Shown here: positions 38,104 through 47,790 of the stretch, in pieces
Layout of the letters: every line of letters begins with the position of its first letter
Numbering within the stretch: position 1 is the stretch's first letter
IMG/VR virus record: IMGVR_UViG_3300012988_000004
Location: 1-58,003 of that record
DNA length: 58,003 nucleotides
From: a virus
Taxonomy: Duplodnaviria > Caudoviricetes
Direction: 5' to 3' (one strand)
Made by a program: the position numbers and the translations under genes
The notes under the pieces: generated by a model
Seen by the model: the letters and a program-made list of their open reading frames with translations, nothing else
Databases searched by the model: none
Told to the model about the DNA's origin: nothing

Positions 38104-38784
38104 TTATTTTTTAAAGTAGTTGTCGTAAAATTCGAAACTTTCTGCGTCAAGTGTCTCTTTTAAAAATCCATTGTCGAGATGGATGTAGCGCAGCTTCACG
38201 TAATCGTCATCGTGGATTCGGTGGCCTCCACCGTCAATAGTCTTGCCCTGGCCGTGTTTAATGCCTATGGAATACCATTTGTCCGGCATCCAGATCATCC
38301 GGTTAGGTATTGTCTTCCAAAGATGAAGATCGAGATAAGGTTCAAGGTCAACAGGCCATATGAAGTCCATATCAGGCTTAATGAAGGTGTTCATGGCGCT
38401 GGAGCGGTTGTGGTGCTCCATGATGTAGTAAGCCTTCAGTTCGATATGGTAGTACATAGTCTTGGCGGTACCAAAAAGATCAGGTCTGCCAAGTTTATCC
38501 CATTGCGCTAGCATTACTTGGAGATAATTTGGTGAGTACCAATCGTCCGATTCCATGAAGGCAATCAAATCAACTCCTTTGTTTCTGAAATAATTGTAGC
38601 CAGTACGATATCGAGGCGTAATGTCCACATCATTGTCCTTCGGAGGATATAAAACCAAGTGAACCTCCATATCAATATTAACCGGAGAATCTTTTTCCTG
38701 AGCATTGATCATTCGAAGGCAGTTCTCCAAAAATCTTGGGCGATCACCGCGATCGGGCACAACAATTCCTAATTTTAAGTCCAT
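38104..38784 (-). CDS. GT2 glycosyltransferase
   Basis: IVVPDRGDRP, FMESDDWY.P.YL. Confidence 0.85.
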   Translation of the reverse strand: MDLKLGIVVPDRGDRPRFLENCLRMINAQEKDSPVNIDMEVHLVLYPPKDNDVDITPRYRTGYNYFRNKGVDLIAFMESDDWYSPNYLQVMLAQWDKLGRPDLFGTAKTMYYHIELKAYYIMEHHNRSSAMNTFIKPDMDFIWPVDLEPYLDLHLWKTIPNRMIWMPDKWYSIGIKHGQGKTIDGGGHRIHDDDYVKLRYIHLDNGFLKETLDAESFEFYDNYFKK

Positions 38785-39350
38785 AAAAATCCTCCTGCTG
38801 TTTTTCTTTTTTTATTGATGCAATCACCTATGTGGTGCCTCTTTATGCCAGTTGATATTGCTGCTTTAGCTATAGAATCAAATGTCTTAATTAACTCACC
38901 TGTTATTTTTCTTTGAGTGGCTTGCGTTCTGTTAAAAATTCTTCCAGTAACAGATGGTTTTCTTTTAAGAACATCATAAGAGTGCTGAACATTCTCTGAT
39001 GGAGTTGTCCATTCAAGATTTTTGTAATAATTGTTCAATCTATCTCCATCCTTGTGATTAACATGCGGCTTGCTGAATTTATTTTCAACAAATACTTCCG
39101 CAACTATTCGATGAGTAGAAAATGTAGTCCTGATTAAATTTTTTGTGAGAATTATCAAATGATAACCCATCCGCAAAGTGAATTTCAAAATTCTTGGTTG
39201 AGTATTGCAAACTCCACCGTGATGTAAATTGAATGCCTTCGGATAACTTTTAAACCTACCAAAAGAACTTACTTGATAAAGCCCTTCATAATTTGGAATA
39301 TCTTTCCAAACCTCAACTTCTCCTTTTTCCGGTCTTATTCCTAGTTTCAT
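38775..39350 (-). CDS. NUMOD4-HNH homing endonuclease with NUMOD1-like tail
   Basis: WKDIPNYEGLYQVSSFGR, HRIVA, VNHKDG, NLEW, FDSI..AA, TAGGF.W. Confidence 0.93.
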   Translation of the reverse strand: MKLGIRPEKGEVEVWKDIPNYEGLYQVSSFGRFKSYPKAFNLHHGGVCNTQPRILKFTLRMGYHLIILTKNLIRTTFSTHRIVAEVFVENKFSKPHVNHKDGDRLNNYYKNLEWTTPSENVQHSYDVLKRKPSVTGRIFNRTQATQRKITGELIKTFDSIAKAAISTGIKRHHIGDCINKKRKTAGGFLWT

Positions 39351-39361
39351 ATTTTCATTTT

Positions 39362-39388
39362 AAAAAACCGCCCTACCTGATAGGCGGT
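39362..39388 (-). terminator. Intrinsic terminator
   Basis: ACCGCC...GGCGGT stem followed by TTTTTT on the minus strand. Confidence 0.6.
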
Positions 39389-39467
39389 ATCATTCCTTTT
39401 AAAACTTTCTAAATTAAACCTAATCATCATGTAAACTACTTTTTGAACGTGTTCAGGTAATTATCTT

Positions 39468-39671
39468 TTATCCGAAAACTTTTTCGATTTTGTCATACAG
39501 TTTCACAAGCTCCCTTCGCTCCTCAAGAGTGAGTGCATCATCGGTGGCCACCATCTTCAGAACTCCATCGGCCTGCTGATGCTTGTATTCTAGGTTCTCG
39601 TGCGCATCCAGTGAGTGAAAAACTTTTGCGTATTCTTCAAAGGATAGTTTTTTTGATGGTGTCTTTGCCAT
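39468..39671 (-). CDS. Hypothetical protein
   Basis: 67 aa ORF. Confidence 0.6.
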   Translation of the reverse strand: MAKTPSKKLSFEEYAKVFHSLDAHENLEYKHQQADGVLKMVATDDALTLEERRELVKLYDKIEKVFG

Positions 39672-39673
39672 GA

Positions 39674-40012
39674 TTATTTCTGATAAGTGCCTTGTACCCC
39701 ACGAAGTTTACGATCATCCGCACGTTTCTGAATCCACATCAATGCTTCATCCAGTTTTGTAATAACCATTGAAGTCTCGCGAGTCGCCATTGAGCCAACA
39801 TTAACGCTTTCCAAATATTGCTTGGCTGTTTGGATTAACGTCTCTGTGAAGAATCCTTCTTGTCGGAGAACTGTTTCATCTTCTTTGTTGCCTTTGCAGA
39901 AAACTATTTGTGTTCCGGCACCATCTTCGATGCCTTCATTTGTTACTTTGAAAGTAGGAACTTTATAAGTTGCTCCTTCAATTACTGTTTCGATTTGTCT
40001 TGGATTATTCAT
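39674..40012 (-). CDS. tad1: Tad1-family anti-Thoeris/anti-CBASS nucleotide sponge
   Basis: I.F.KG...Q.G, RETSMVITKLDEALMW..KR.DDR..RGV.GT matches the Tad1 C-terminal signature. Confidence 0.8.
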   Translation of the reverse strand: MNNPRQIETVIEGATYKVPTFKVTNEGIEDGAGTQIVFCKGNKEDETVLRQEGFFTETLIQTAKQYLESVNVGSMATRETSMVITKLDEALMWIQKRADDRKLRGVQGTYQK

Positions 40013-40013
40013 T

Positions 40014-40355
40014 TTAGTTTATGTTTGGTATGTCTGCATTTTTTCCTGAGTGAAGTCCGCGCATCCTTGCGGTTTCATATTCCATGAAGTCATCATAAAT
40101 CCCGATTGATTCTATCCTCACTTGAACTCCCATTGGTTCTTTAAACCAACTAGCAACATCGTAATGAAGATAAATTTCTTTGCCTCCTGGCATGGTTACA
40201 AAATGCCTAGCTTCCTCACAAAAATCTTTAATGTGTCTATTTTTATAAAGAGTTTTTTCAGTATGATCAGCGACTTTGTGATTTCGCTTCAATATTTTCC
40301 ATAGCTTATAAAATATTGGGTCGTGCTTAAAAAATTCTCTCTTGAATTCTGTCAT
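40014..40355 (-). CDS. Hypothetical protein
   Basis: 113 aa ORF. Confidence 0.6.
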   Translation of the reverse strand: MTEFKREFFKHDPIFYKLWKILKRNHKVADHTEKTLYKNRHIKDFCEEARHFVTMPGGKEIYLHYDVASWFKEPMGVQVRIESIGIYDDFMEYETARMRGLHSGKNADIPNIN

Positions 40356-40360
40356 TTGTT

Positions 40361-40777
40361 TTATGATTTTAATTCAAGTTCTTCTCCGGTTAATGCGAAA
40401 AATAAATTCTGTAGTTGGTGAACATATTGAGCTAATGGACGAATAAAAACAGTTAGGTGTTTATTGGTCGAATATTGATCTCCAATTGTTAAGATGTTAT
40501 CACCATCATTCATTAATGTCACGTAAATAAAATGCAAACTAAGTTCACCTAATGCGATTTGAAAACAATCTTTAGCATATGTTGAATTGAATCCTAATTT
40601 CAAAAGCCATTCTTCAGTGAGCGGTATGCCTTCAAAATTATCATCCATCAAAAAATCATCGTTAAGATTAGAATCAATTTTATTTTTTTCCAACCCAGTT
40701 ACAAAACCATTTAATATGGTTCCTTCGTTTCCGGTTTTACGAATCCAATTTCCTATTCTTAATTCTTGTGCTTTCAT
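40361..40777 (-). CDS. Conserved Bacteroidota-phage protein (ELRIGN...VHQLQNL.FALTGEEL family)
   Basis: Recognisable terminal motifs. Confidence 0.75.
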   Translation of the reverse strand: MKAQELRIGNWIRKTGNEGTILNGFVTGLEKNKIDSNLNDDFLMDDNFEGIPLTEEWLLKLGFNSTYAKDCFQIALGELSLHFIYVTLMNDGDNILTIGDQYSTNKHLTVFIRPLAQYVHQLQNLFFALTGEELELKS

Positions 40778-40785
40778 TACTTCGA

Positions 40786-40805
40786 CATAGGTACTATTAT
40801 TTTTT
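40786..40805 (-). promoter_or_regulatory. Early-type promoter
   Basis: 19/20 identical to 47791..47810. Confidence 0.65.
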
Positions 40806-40828
40806 ACAAATCACAATACTTTTCAAAA

Positions 40829-42871
40829 TTATTTAGGAATTATTTTTTTTACGAAGTCCTGCCACGTTCCTTTCTTGATGCCAAACTCCTTTAAGGTCTG
40901 ATCTACAATGATGTCGCGAAGAGCACAGTTATAAATTTTCACATCCCACATGTGGTTTTGTGCATTGGAGTTTACCTTCACCCACCGGAAGCCAATTACC
41001 TCACCGTCCTTAGTCTCGGAGACCTTATGCTCTGACTGAAAATGCTCGAAGTAGTTTTGGTAGAGATAAAGTCCTTGCGATGGAGTGGGGAAGTTCATGA
41101 AGCCGAACGGCTGCTTCTCATTGCCTCGATCCCAGGTCAGCTTCATCGCCTCCGCAAGTCCATCCTTCAGAAAGTTTACATCCAGTAGGTAAAGATCGCC
41201 TCTCTCCTTACTCGGTTTGAACGAGGGCGAGTCCATATCGAACTTCCGGTACTTGCTTTCCTTGTCTCCTTTGATTCCAATTACTCGCTTGTGGTTGTTA
41301 TCGATGAACTCATAGGCGAATTGGGTGTAATGACCGGTATCCACGCCAACTAAAGCTATTCTCATAGGTCTGCCGACATTCCTAATATCATTGGGCAATG
41401 GGAAGGCGGTATCGGTTTTATAGACTTCACTGATGATTTTCTTCAGCTCGGGCCATACGCTCTTATCCTTGTAATGAAAATAAGTCCACCTTTCCCGGTC
41501 CTCTTTTACTTTTTTAGTGGTTTCACGTGGAACGAAGGTGCCTATCGACCCATGTTTCACGCTGTAGGATACTCCGCTCTCGCTCCAGGCCACAATCTCG
41601 TAATCCAAGCGTGCATCTTGCTCGGTGCCGTTTAGATCACATGCACATGTGAGTAAAACGATCTTTCCATTGCCATCGCTGACTGAAAGTGACTCGGGGA
41701 GAACTCCCACCTCGTAACCACGTATGTTTTTCTGTAAAATAGAGGCTTCTGGGGCTTCTCCGCTGGGTTCATACGTCAATCCAAGGTTCAAATTGATGAA
41801 AGCTTGATACTTTTGTTCTGATTTCTTGCCATTTGTAGGGCATGCTTCAAGCCATTCTCGCACATAATACTCCCAATCATACGTCCCCGGAGGTGCATAA
41901 AGGCTGGAAATGTGATAAGAATAGTACCCAATTTGGCTCGGTTCGGCTCCTGGAATCCATTCTCCGGCAAGATTCATCTCGTATTTTAGGCTGTCATCGA
42001 AGAATCCAGAGCACTTTTGGCATACATAACCCACCGTTCCATCGATCAAACGACCACTTTCGTCTGTTTTCCATGTGATTCCTCCCTTCTCACGTCCTTC
42101 TGTGCCGTCTATTTCTATTTCCCAATAGAGTGGTATTAGTTCTCCGCAGCATGGGCATGGCACGTGGTATCTGCGTTGGTCCCCAAGGAGGAATACAGGC
42201 TCTATGTTGGAACTTGCCTTCAACTCGGGTGTGGAGATGTAGTAAAGTTTCATCTTGTCATAGTAGGCTGCAAAACGGCCTTGAATCATCGACCGAGTGT
42301 TACCCGACTTCTTACTTTGCTTCTCAACCGAGTCAAAGTCATCTATAAATCCGTACTGTATGGACCTCTGCCGGAGTAGAAGGTGATTTGAGGCGCTGCC
42401 TGCAGTCAGGGATCCACCTGGAAACTCCTTGGCCTTGCTTGTATCACCGGTTCTTTGGTTCTTTTTGCGCAGAATTGAAGGCCTTATGAGCGATCTAAGC
42501 CCGCAGGAGTCGATCATCTGGTCGATTTTCTTGTTCATGGACTCTTCCGCAAGCAGTTCATGGCCGCTCATAAACAGGATATTGCCAGGGTTTTGAGAGA
42601 TAATCCACCCTATTCCGTTCTCAATTACACCTGTAGAGAACCCTATTTGAGCACCTTTCATGACCGCAACAATGCGAGCTGGGTGCGAAGGACTCAAACA
42701 GTCCACTACTTCGCGCATGTAAGGGGTCATTTTGAAGCTGAAAGGCCCTGGCCATGGGGTGACATCGGAGGTCATAACCCGGTTCTGCTCGGCCCACAGG
42801 GAAGGCTTGATGTCGGAAAGAAGATATTTGGAGGAGTCTAGTATCTCCTCAAGTTTATCCTCGATGATCAT
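40829..42871 (-). CDS. terL: Terminase large subunit, lambda GpA family
   Basis: WAE..R, TPY..E, KGAQIGFS, ISTP, GDQRRYHVPCPCCG, ISSLY, VDTG, NHMWD. Confidence 0.95.
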   Translation of the reverse strand: MIIEDKLEEILDSSKYLLSDIKPSLWAEQNRVMTSDVTPWPGPFSFKMTPYMREVVDCLSPSHPARIVAVMKGAQIGFSTGVIENGIGWIISQNPGNILFMSGHELLAEESMNKKIDQMIDSCGLRSLIRPSILRKKNQRTGDTSKAKEFPGGSLTAGSASNHLLLRQRSIQYGFIDDFDSVEKQSKKSGNTRSMIQGRFAAYYDKMKLYYISTPELKASSNIEPVFLLGDQRRYHVPCPCCGELIPLYWEIEIDGTEGREKGGITWKTDESGRLIDGTVGYVCQKCSGFFDDSLKYEMNLAGEWIPGAEPSQIGYYSYHISSLYAPPGTYDWEYYVREWLEACPTNGKKSEQKYQAFINLNLGLTYEPSGEAPEASILQKNIRGYEVGVLPESLSVSDGNGKIVLLTCACDLNGTEQDARLDYEIVAWSESGVSYSVKHGSIGTFVPRETTKKVKEDRERWTYFHYKDKSVWPELKKIISEVYKTDTAFPLPNDIRNVGRPMRIALVGVDTGHYTQFAYEFIDNNHKRVIGIKGDKESKYRKFDMDSPSFKPSKERGDLYLLDVNFLKDGLAEAMKLTWDRGNEKQPFGFMNFPTPSQGLYLYQNYFEHFQSEHKVSETKDGEVIGFRWVKVNSNAQNHMWDVKIYNCALRDIIVDQTLKEFGIKKGTWQDFVKKIIPK

Positions 42872-43059
42872 TTACTCAACGATTCAATTTCATCCTTCAT
42901 TTCCTTTAGTTTTTTAATTACCGCAGGCCTTATAAAGTTGTTTTTCTGATATTCTTCATCTCTCATTATTTTTTCATAGGGCCGACCAAAAGCATAGGCT
43001 AACGTCATGCAGTATTCATATTCCTTTGCAATAATGTTTTTGATTTTTTCAGTAATCAT
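42868..43059 (-). CDS. Small hypothetical protein between terS and terL
   Basis: 63 aa, overlapping both neighbours. Confidence 0.55.
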   Translation of the reverse strand: MITEKIKNIIAKEYEYCMTLAYAFGRPYEKIMRDEEYQKNNFIRPAVIKKLKEMKDEIESLSK

Positions 43060-43703
43060 TTCCTTGTCTGTGAATATTCATGTACGATATGCGCCAGCGA
43101 CCGCTTGCTCTCCGTTATCCCATCCTCGATCGCTCGGTTGATGATGGTCACCAGCTGCCCTCTGAGTTCGGCCTGATCGTTCCTGGCTATCTTGGCTTTC
43201 TTACCGAATTCCACCGCTATGAGGTCCGCAGCTTGCTTGAAAGTGAGCGTAACACTCTTAAAATGCTGCGCGAATAGGTTCTTTACCATGTCAGTAGGGA
43301 TTAATTTGCCCAATAGTTTCTCTTCCTGCAGGCGGGCAAGCCTCATTTCCTGATCCAATCGCTCAATCTCCTTCTGTTTCTTCTCATAGTCGATGTCCAT
43401 CTTCTTGAGGGCACGGTCTGTGATGTTGACAGTATGGGTGTTTTCCCGGGAAAACTCTTCATTTTCGAGGTTTTTTGAGTTCGATGAGGGAGGATCTGGT
43501 GGTGTAATATCCGACTTGGTGTGGACTTCAACCTGTTTTTTTGGCTTATTCAGGCATTTGGTCTTGAAGGCGCGATTAATTTCATTGGTGTCGTCTATCA
43601 TTTCATTCTCGACTAACACTTTCTTGCGCTGAATGTATACAGACAAATCCTTTGTCCTTATTCCACATAGTTCACTGAATTCTTTTTTAGTCAATAGCGC
43701 CAT
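43056..43703 (-). CDS. terS: Terminase small subunit (Nu1-like)
   Basis: N-terminal HTH (TKKEFSELCGI), coiled coil, GKLIP motif; upstream of terL. Confidence 0.75.
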   Translation of the reverse strand: MALLTKKEFSELCGIRTKDLSVYIQRKKVLVENEMIDDTNEINRAFKTKCLNKPKKQVEVHTKSDITPPDPPSSNSKNLENEEFSRENTHTVNITDRALKKMDIDYEKKQKEIERLDQEMRLARLQEEKLLGKLIPTDMVKNLFAQHFKSVTLTFKQAADLIAVEFGKKAKIARNDQAELRGQLVTIINRAIEDGITESKRSLAHIVHEYSQTRK

Positions 43704-44503
43704 GGTCTGATAGGTACGTTCATTTCGACTAATTTTTGTTGACGGGCATAATGCGCCTTTTCTTTTGTTTGGAAACGTCCGGCATCGAGGAGCTTACCTT
43801 TATGCTTTATTCGGGCGCGCCATTTATTGACCTTTGGATCCCAAACAACGCTAGGATACCCGCTAGTGTTATCTTTCCTAAGAATATTATAACCATTGGG
43901 AATGGTTGTTTTGACTTTTGCTTTTTTGATTCTAACTGGAGGTCGTTGGCATAGACACTCACGTTTTTTTATTTCTCTCTCAGTGCAACTTCTGGTTTTT
44001 CCACAGTTCTCACACTGATAATGATTTTTCTTTTTTCTACTAATTCCTTCTCCAAATAAACCGCACGCTAAGAGAATATAGGAATTGATTTTATTTTTAG
44101 GAGGTTTGATTCTCCCCAAATGCATTTGATGCCTAATTTCAGATGACATTTTCCATCCGCGATTTCTATTCTTTAGTTCTCTTTTATTCCTAGCTGCTTC
44201 AGTCCACTTTCTACCGAGTGTATTACCCGCCTTTTTGCAGATATTGAATGATGGTTGTAGTGAATCAATAAAGAATTGTTCTCTCATCAAAAGTGATTCA
44301 ACTGGACATCTCTCAATAATTTCGAATTTCAAATCAGATATACTATACTTTTTGATGTGACCGAGCAAAAGGTAATTGATGTGCTTGCCTCTTCTGAATT
44401 GATTCCAATGTTGCTGTTGTCGTTTTCTTAAATCCACCGCACTGCCAACATAAATGCGATCTGGATGGCTTAAAGATGTGATTTTATAGATGCCCGATTT
44501 CAT
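43691..44503 (-). CDS. GIY-YIG homing endonuclease with C-terminal AP2 domain
   Basis: GIYKI...YVGS...R, REQFFID, N; NTSG..V.W....KWRA.I...GRF.T.E.A; true start MKSGIY. Confidence 0.9.
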   Translation of the reverse strand: MKSGIYKITSLSHPDRIYVGSAVDLRKRQQQHWNQFRRGKHINYLLLGHIKKYSISDLKFEIIERCPVESLLMREQFFIDSLQPSFNICKKAGNTLGRKWTEAARNKRELKNRNRGWKMSSEIRHQMHLGRIKPPKNKINSYILLACGLFGEGISRKKKNHYQCENCGKTRSCTEREIKKRECLCQRPPVRIKKAKVKTTIPNGYNILRKDNTSGYPSVVWDPKVNKWRARIKHKGKLLDAGRFQTKEKAHYARQQKLVEMNVPIRPWRY

Positions 44504-44630
44504 TGTAGTCACCAAAAATAAGCAATCAACTACAATCTGACTACAACATTTCAAAAAAAAGGTGAGCGAAGTTTTTTGCCGGAGCTTCGCATATGTGCCG
44601 AGCGGCAATTGAAAAAGTGGGGAGTACCTT
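44503..44630 (-). other. Putative cos/packaging initiation site
   Basis: AGGTACTCCCC (cosQ-like), TTGCCG/CGGCAA dyad, three ACTACAA boxes; upstream of terS. Confidence 0.45.
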
Positions 44631-44797
44631 GAACTTATTTGGATTCTGTTATGGCGTATCCCCTTCGCTTAATTCAACGATCAATGTATTGAATGAGTAT
44701 GGATAGGTCTATTATTCACTTGTCTGTAATGCAAGCTAATGCGTTCATAAGCTATTGTGGATAACTTGTGTGATTGTGGGTTAATATGTGGGCAAAT

Positions 44798-44828
44798 AAA
44801 AACCCCGACCTTTGTATTGATCGGGGTT
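44798..44828 (-). terminator. Intrinsic terminator closing the early cluster
   Basis: AACCCCGA/TCGGGGTT stem plus U-tract on the minus strand. Confidence 0.7.
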
Positions 44829-45403
44829 CGTTGGTTGTTGGAAGTATTGCTATGTGGGTGTTAGCTTGTCATGTAGTATAATTGCTCCTCATCGTCTAGT
44901 ATTCTCTTTATGTGTTCGCGTTTTAGTGTGTGTGTTCCAAAGTGTATGTGGGCACGCTCGTGTAGAGGTAGTTGGTTGGGCACTATCACCGGCATGGGTG
45001 TTACTAGGCAATGGGTGAATATGAGGGAATGAAAGCGGGGTATTGTCTGGCTTTTGGTTTCTATCTCCTTTAGTTGCTTGCGGGCCTCTGTTATTATGAG
45101 CATCCGGTTATTTGATGTTGTGCGCGTTTTCATGAAATTAATTGCTTTTCTGGATATCGCGTGTGCTGCTCAACCTTTAATCTCTCCAGTTCATTTAAAC
45201 CGTCTGCAATAGCTTGGGCGTTTTGTTTTGCGCCTTTATAGGGATGGCAATAATCGTAGCCGCCTTCAGTTGTAAAGAATTGGATACTAGATTTAATCTC
45301 AGTTCGATTTAAATGCGTTTCCCCTTCAATGACAACTACAATATACCCGTCTGTCTTATTGCGCCATTGTTCCTCGATAATGTAGTTTTTCATATTTAGT
45401 TGA

Positions 45404-45835
45404 TTAAAATTCAAACTTTTTGTAACCGGCCACAATTGTGAGACTATCCGAGCGCATGACCAGAAAATAGGGCTCGCGTTTCATGTTGCCCACGGTTACA
45501 GTCCAAAGTACATTGTGCAGGTCTTTGCCTTCTGCTATGTTGGGACCAATGAAATACAGCTTTGGTATGGTGATATTATGGGCAGAGTCGGAATAGTGCA
45601 GGCTTGAATAAGTCCAAGCAAATTGAATGTGTTGTTTTGAATAGCTGATAATTTGCTGATTGTGTAGATAAGTTACTGTAAAGTCGGCCTGAAGTTGGTG
45701 AGGTATGGGGGTTGCACACGAGGTCAGGATAATAGATCCTGCCAGGGCAAAGGAGAGCATGAATAGCAAGTAAGTGCGCATTAAGTGCTTTTGTGTGTTT
45801 GCATCCTCTTTGGTGTATTGGTTGGCTGTTTTCAT
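45404..45835 (-). CDS. Putative lipoprotein
   Basis: LLFMLSFALAGSIILTSC lipobox; beta-rich mature part. Confidence 0.6.
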   Translation of the reverse strand: MKTANQYTKEDANTQKHLMRTYLLFMLSFALAGSIILTSCATPIPHQLQADFTVTYLHNQQIISYSKQHIQFAWTYSSLHYSDSAHNITIPKLYFIGPNIAEGKDLHNVLWTVTVGNMKREPYFLVMRSDSLTIVAGYKKFEF

Positions 45836-46170
45836 AGTCCTTTTGCTTTATTAATTAAATTTTCAACCTGTTCAGGTAATGTAAATGCAGTTTCATCTTG
45901 CAATTGAGATAGTTTAGGCAAAATCCTTTCGAGCATTTCAAGCATTTCAGGAGAGCAAACAATTATGTGCGCGTTTGCTTCAAATTCATCTTTTTGCAGT
46001 TTTTTAGAATCGCCTAAAATATTAGTCTTTTTGTAAATAACATTTGCAATTAATCCAAATCCTTTAGACGAATAGATTCCAGTGCTTTGCTCAATGCCTC
46101 CTCCTAATTCTAATTCATTCTTTTCAGTCCTGACTAAATGCCAAGGTCCGGGCGTATGTTTAGGCTTCAT
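45832..46170 (-). CDS. Conserved phage protein (KHTPGPW...ANA.....PEML family)
   Basis: Recognisable motif. Confidence 0.75.
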   Translation of the reverse strand: MKPKHTPGPWHLVRTEKNELELGGGIEQSTGIYSSKGFGLIANVIYKKTNILGDSKKLQKDEFEANAHIIVCSPEMLEMLERILPKLSQLQDETAFTLPEQVENLINKAKGL

Positions 46171-46416
46171 AAACAGCTTTTTTTAATTGAGCAAACTTTG
46201 CGCGTGCTTCAGTGAGGGTATCAAAAGAATGCCATTCATTGTGCATTCTGACGTGAAAAGTATTGTGTTCTTTGTACATCCAAATATCACCCTTTGGTGT
46301 TTGCTTTTCTCTTTGAACGTATCCACAAGAAAAGCCATATTCAGATAATTGGCCGTTTTTTAAATGCGTGTTCATAGTTTGTCGTTTTTTGTTTTGTGCC
46401 GTGACTTTGTTTTTTT

Positions 46417-46463
46417 AAAACCCATCCCCCACGAAATCACGACAAAACGTGGAGGAGGGTTTT
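46417..46463. terminator. Hairpin/terminator
   Basis: AAAACCC..CCACG / CGTGG..GGGTTTT inverted repeat. Confidence 0.5.
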
Positions 46464-47790
46464 GGGCTACTAGCCAAAATCTTCAATTGGTTTGCAATCT
46501 TCAAAAGGTATAATCGGCACAATACTAAAGGTAATAGGATTACTACCAGTTACAAAAATGTATTGGCCATATTCCCATCCTTTATGAAAGCCACCACTAG
46601 AAACTGAATTTCTGAAATCACATAGGCCGTATCCACATATTGCGCATACTTGTAGACCATCTTCGCCCATCTGACCAGCTTTGTGCCTTATTGCAATTGG
46701 TGGATTCATATAATTGATATTTTACGGCCTGTTAATTCAGTGTTAAACCAATTTTCCTCTACTTCAATTATTGAATCCGGGAAACTATAAGGATGTCCTG
46801 TTATATCCTTTCTTTCTCTTTTAGTTTGCTCTATTTTGTATTTACGATCGGAGTTTTCAGGATTCAAATCAACTGCAAATATTTTACCTATAAATGAATC
46901 AGTGGTTTTATCAAATGTTACCTTGAACATTTGACCAACGGTTGGAATATTCATTTTGTAAGATGGTTACGTAACTGTCTCATTTCCCAAACCTGATCCT
47001 GACCAGCACAATAGCTAAAATAAGCCTCTCCATTACGCACTTGTTTATATGAAGATAAAAGGAATCGGGCAATAGCCCAATGTTGAGGCTTAGAAAACCT
47101 CAAGGTATTGTAAGTTCTTACTTTGGTTTGCGCACGGCCTCCAGCAGTTTCTGCGATTGTGGATATAATAGATTCCCGCAATTCGTCCGATATTTTAACA
47201 TTTGTCCAGCCCTTACCTTCTAAATAGGTTCTGCCATTTAGTAATTCTTGAGCTGTTACTTGATGTGGTTTAGTTGCCTCAAAAACCTCATTTAAATTCT
47301 TAAATGTTCTCATGTCGCGTTTTTTTAATGGTTTACCAAATAAATACTATAAAGATGTCTACTAACGCAATTACATAGCCTAGCTTTGCATTGCGCGCAA
47401 TAAGTTTCTTTGCTATTGTTTCGATTTTGTTTTTCATAATCTTAACTGAAGGCAATGAATAAAACCATTTCAAATAATTCCTTTCTATCTATCCATTCAT
47501 GCGAATATTGCTCGCGTAACCAATTAGCAAATTTATATTGATCATTGGATGAGAATTTATTTGCCTCTGATCTAACAAATTTTCTATTGCCATTAATCCA
47601 ACTTTCGAATAATTCTTCAAATCTTTCCATGGCCTTAAAATTTAACTGTGTTAAAGATCATTGTAATGGCAGTCATTGAACCAATGAAGTTAATAACTCC
47701 CCAACATAACATTGGGTAATTTTCGAAGATGTTTTTTAAAGTTTTCATGTCGTGTTTTTTTAGTTGTTTTTTAGTGTCTAATTGACATAT

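Larger units (their letters stand above)
44861..47748 (-). other. Cluster of ~11 small early hypothetical genes (host-takeover-like)
   Basis: Short overlapping ORFs at 44861, 45130, 45404, 45832, 46160, 46470, 46706, 46951, 47442 and 47635, under the promoter at 47791. Confidence 0.65.

Noticed and set aside
29239-38784. GT island as DNA hypermodification or O-antigen conversion
   Set aside because: No base hydroxylase/hydroxymethylase, DNA polymerase, flippase or membrane GT was seen. Disfavoured but not excluded.
44504-44608. N-terminal extension of the GIY-YIG ORF
   Set aside because: The GIY motif begins at the ATG at 44503; the upstream part is better explained as the cos-like site.
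44756-44764. DnaA box as replication origin
   Set aside because: A single 9-mer with no cluster may be chance.
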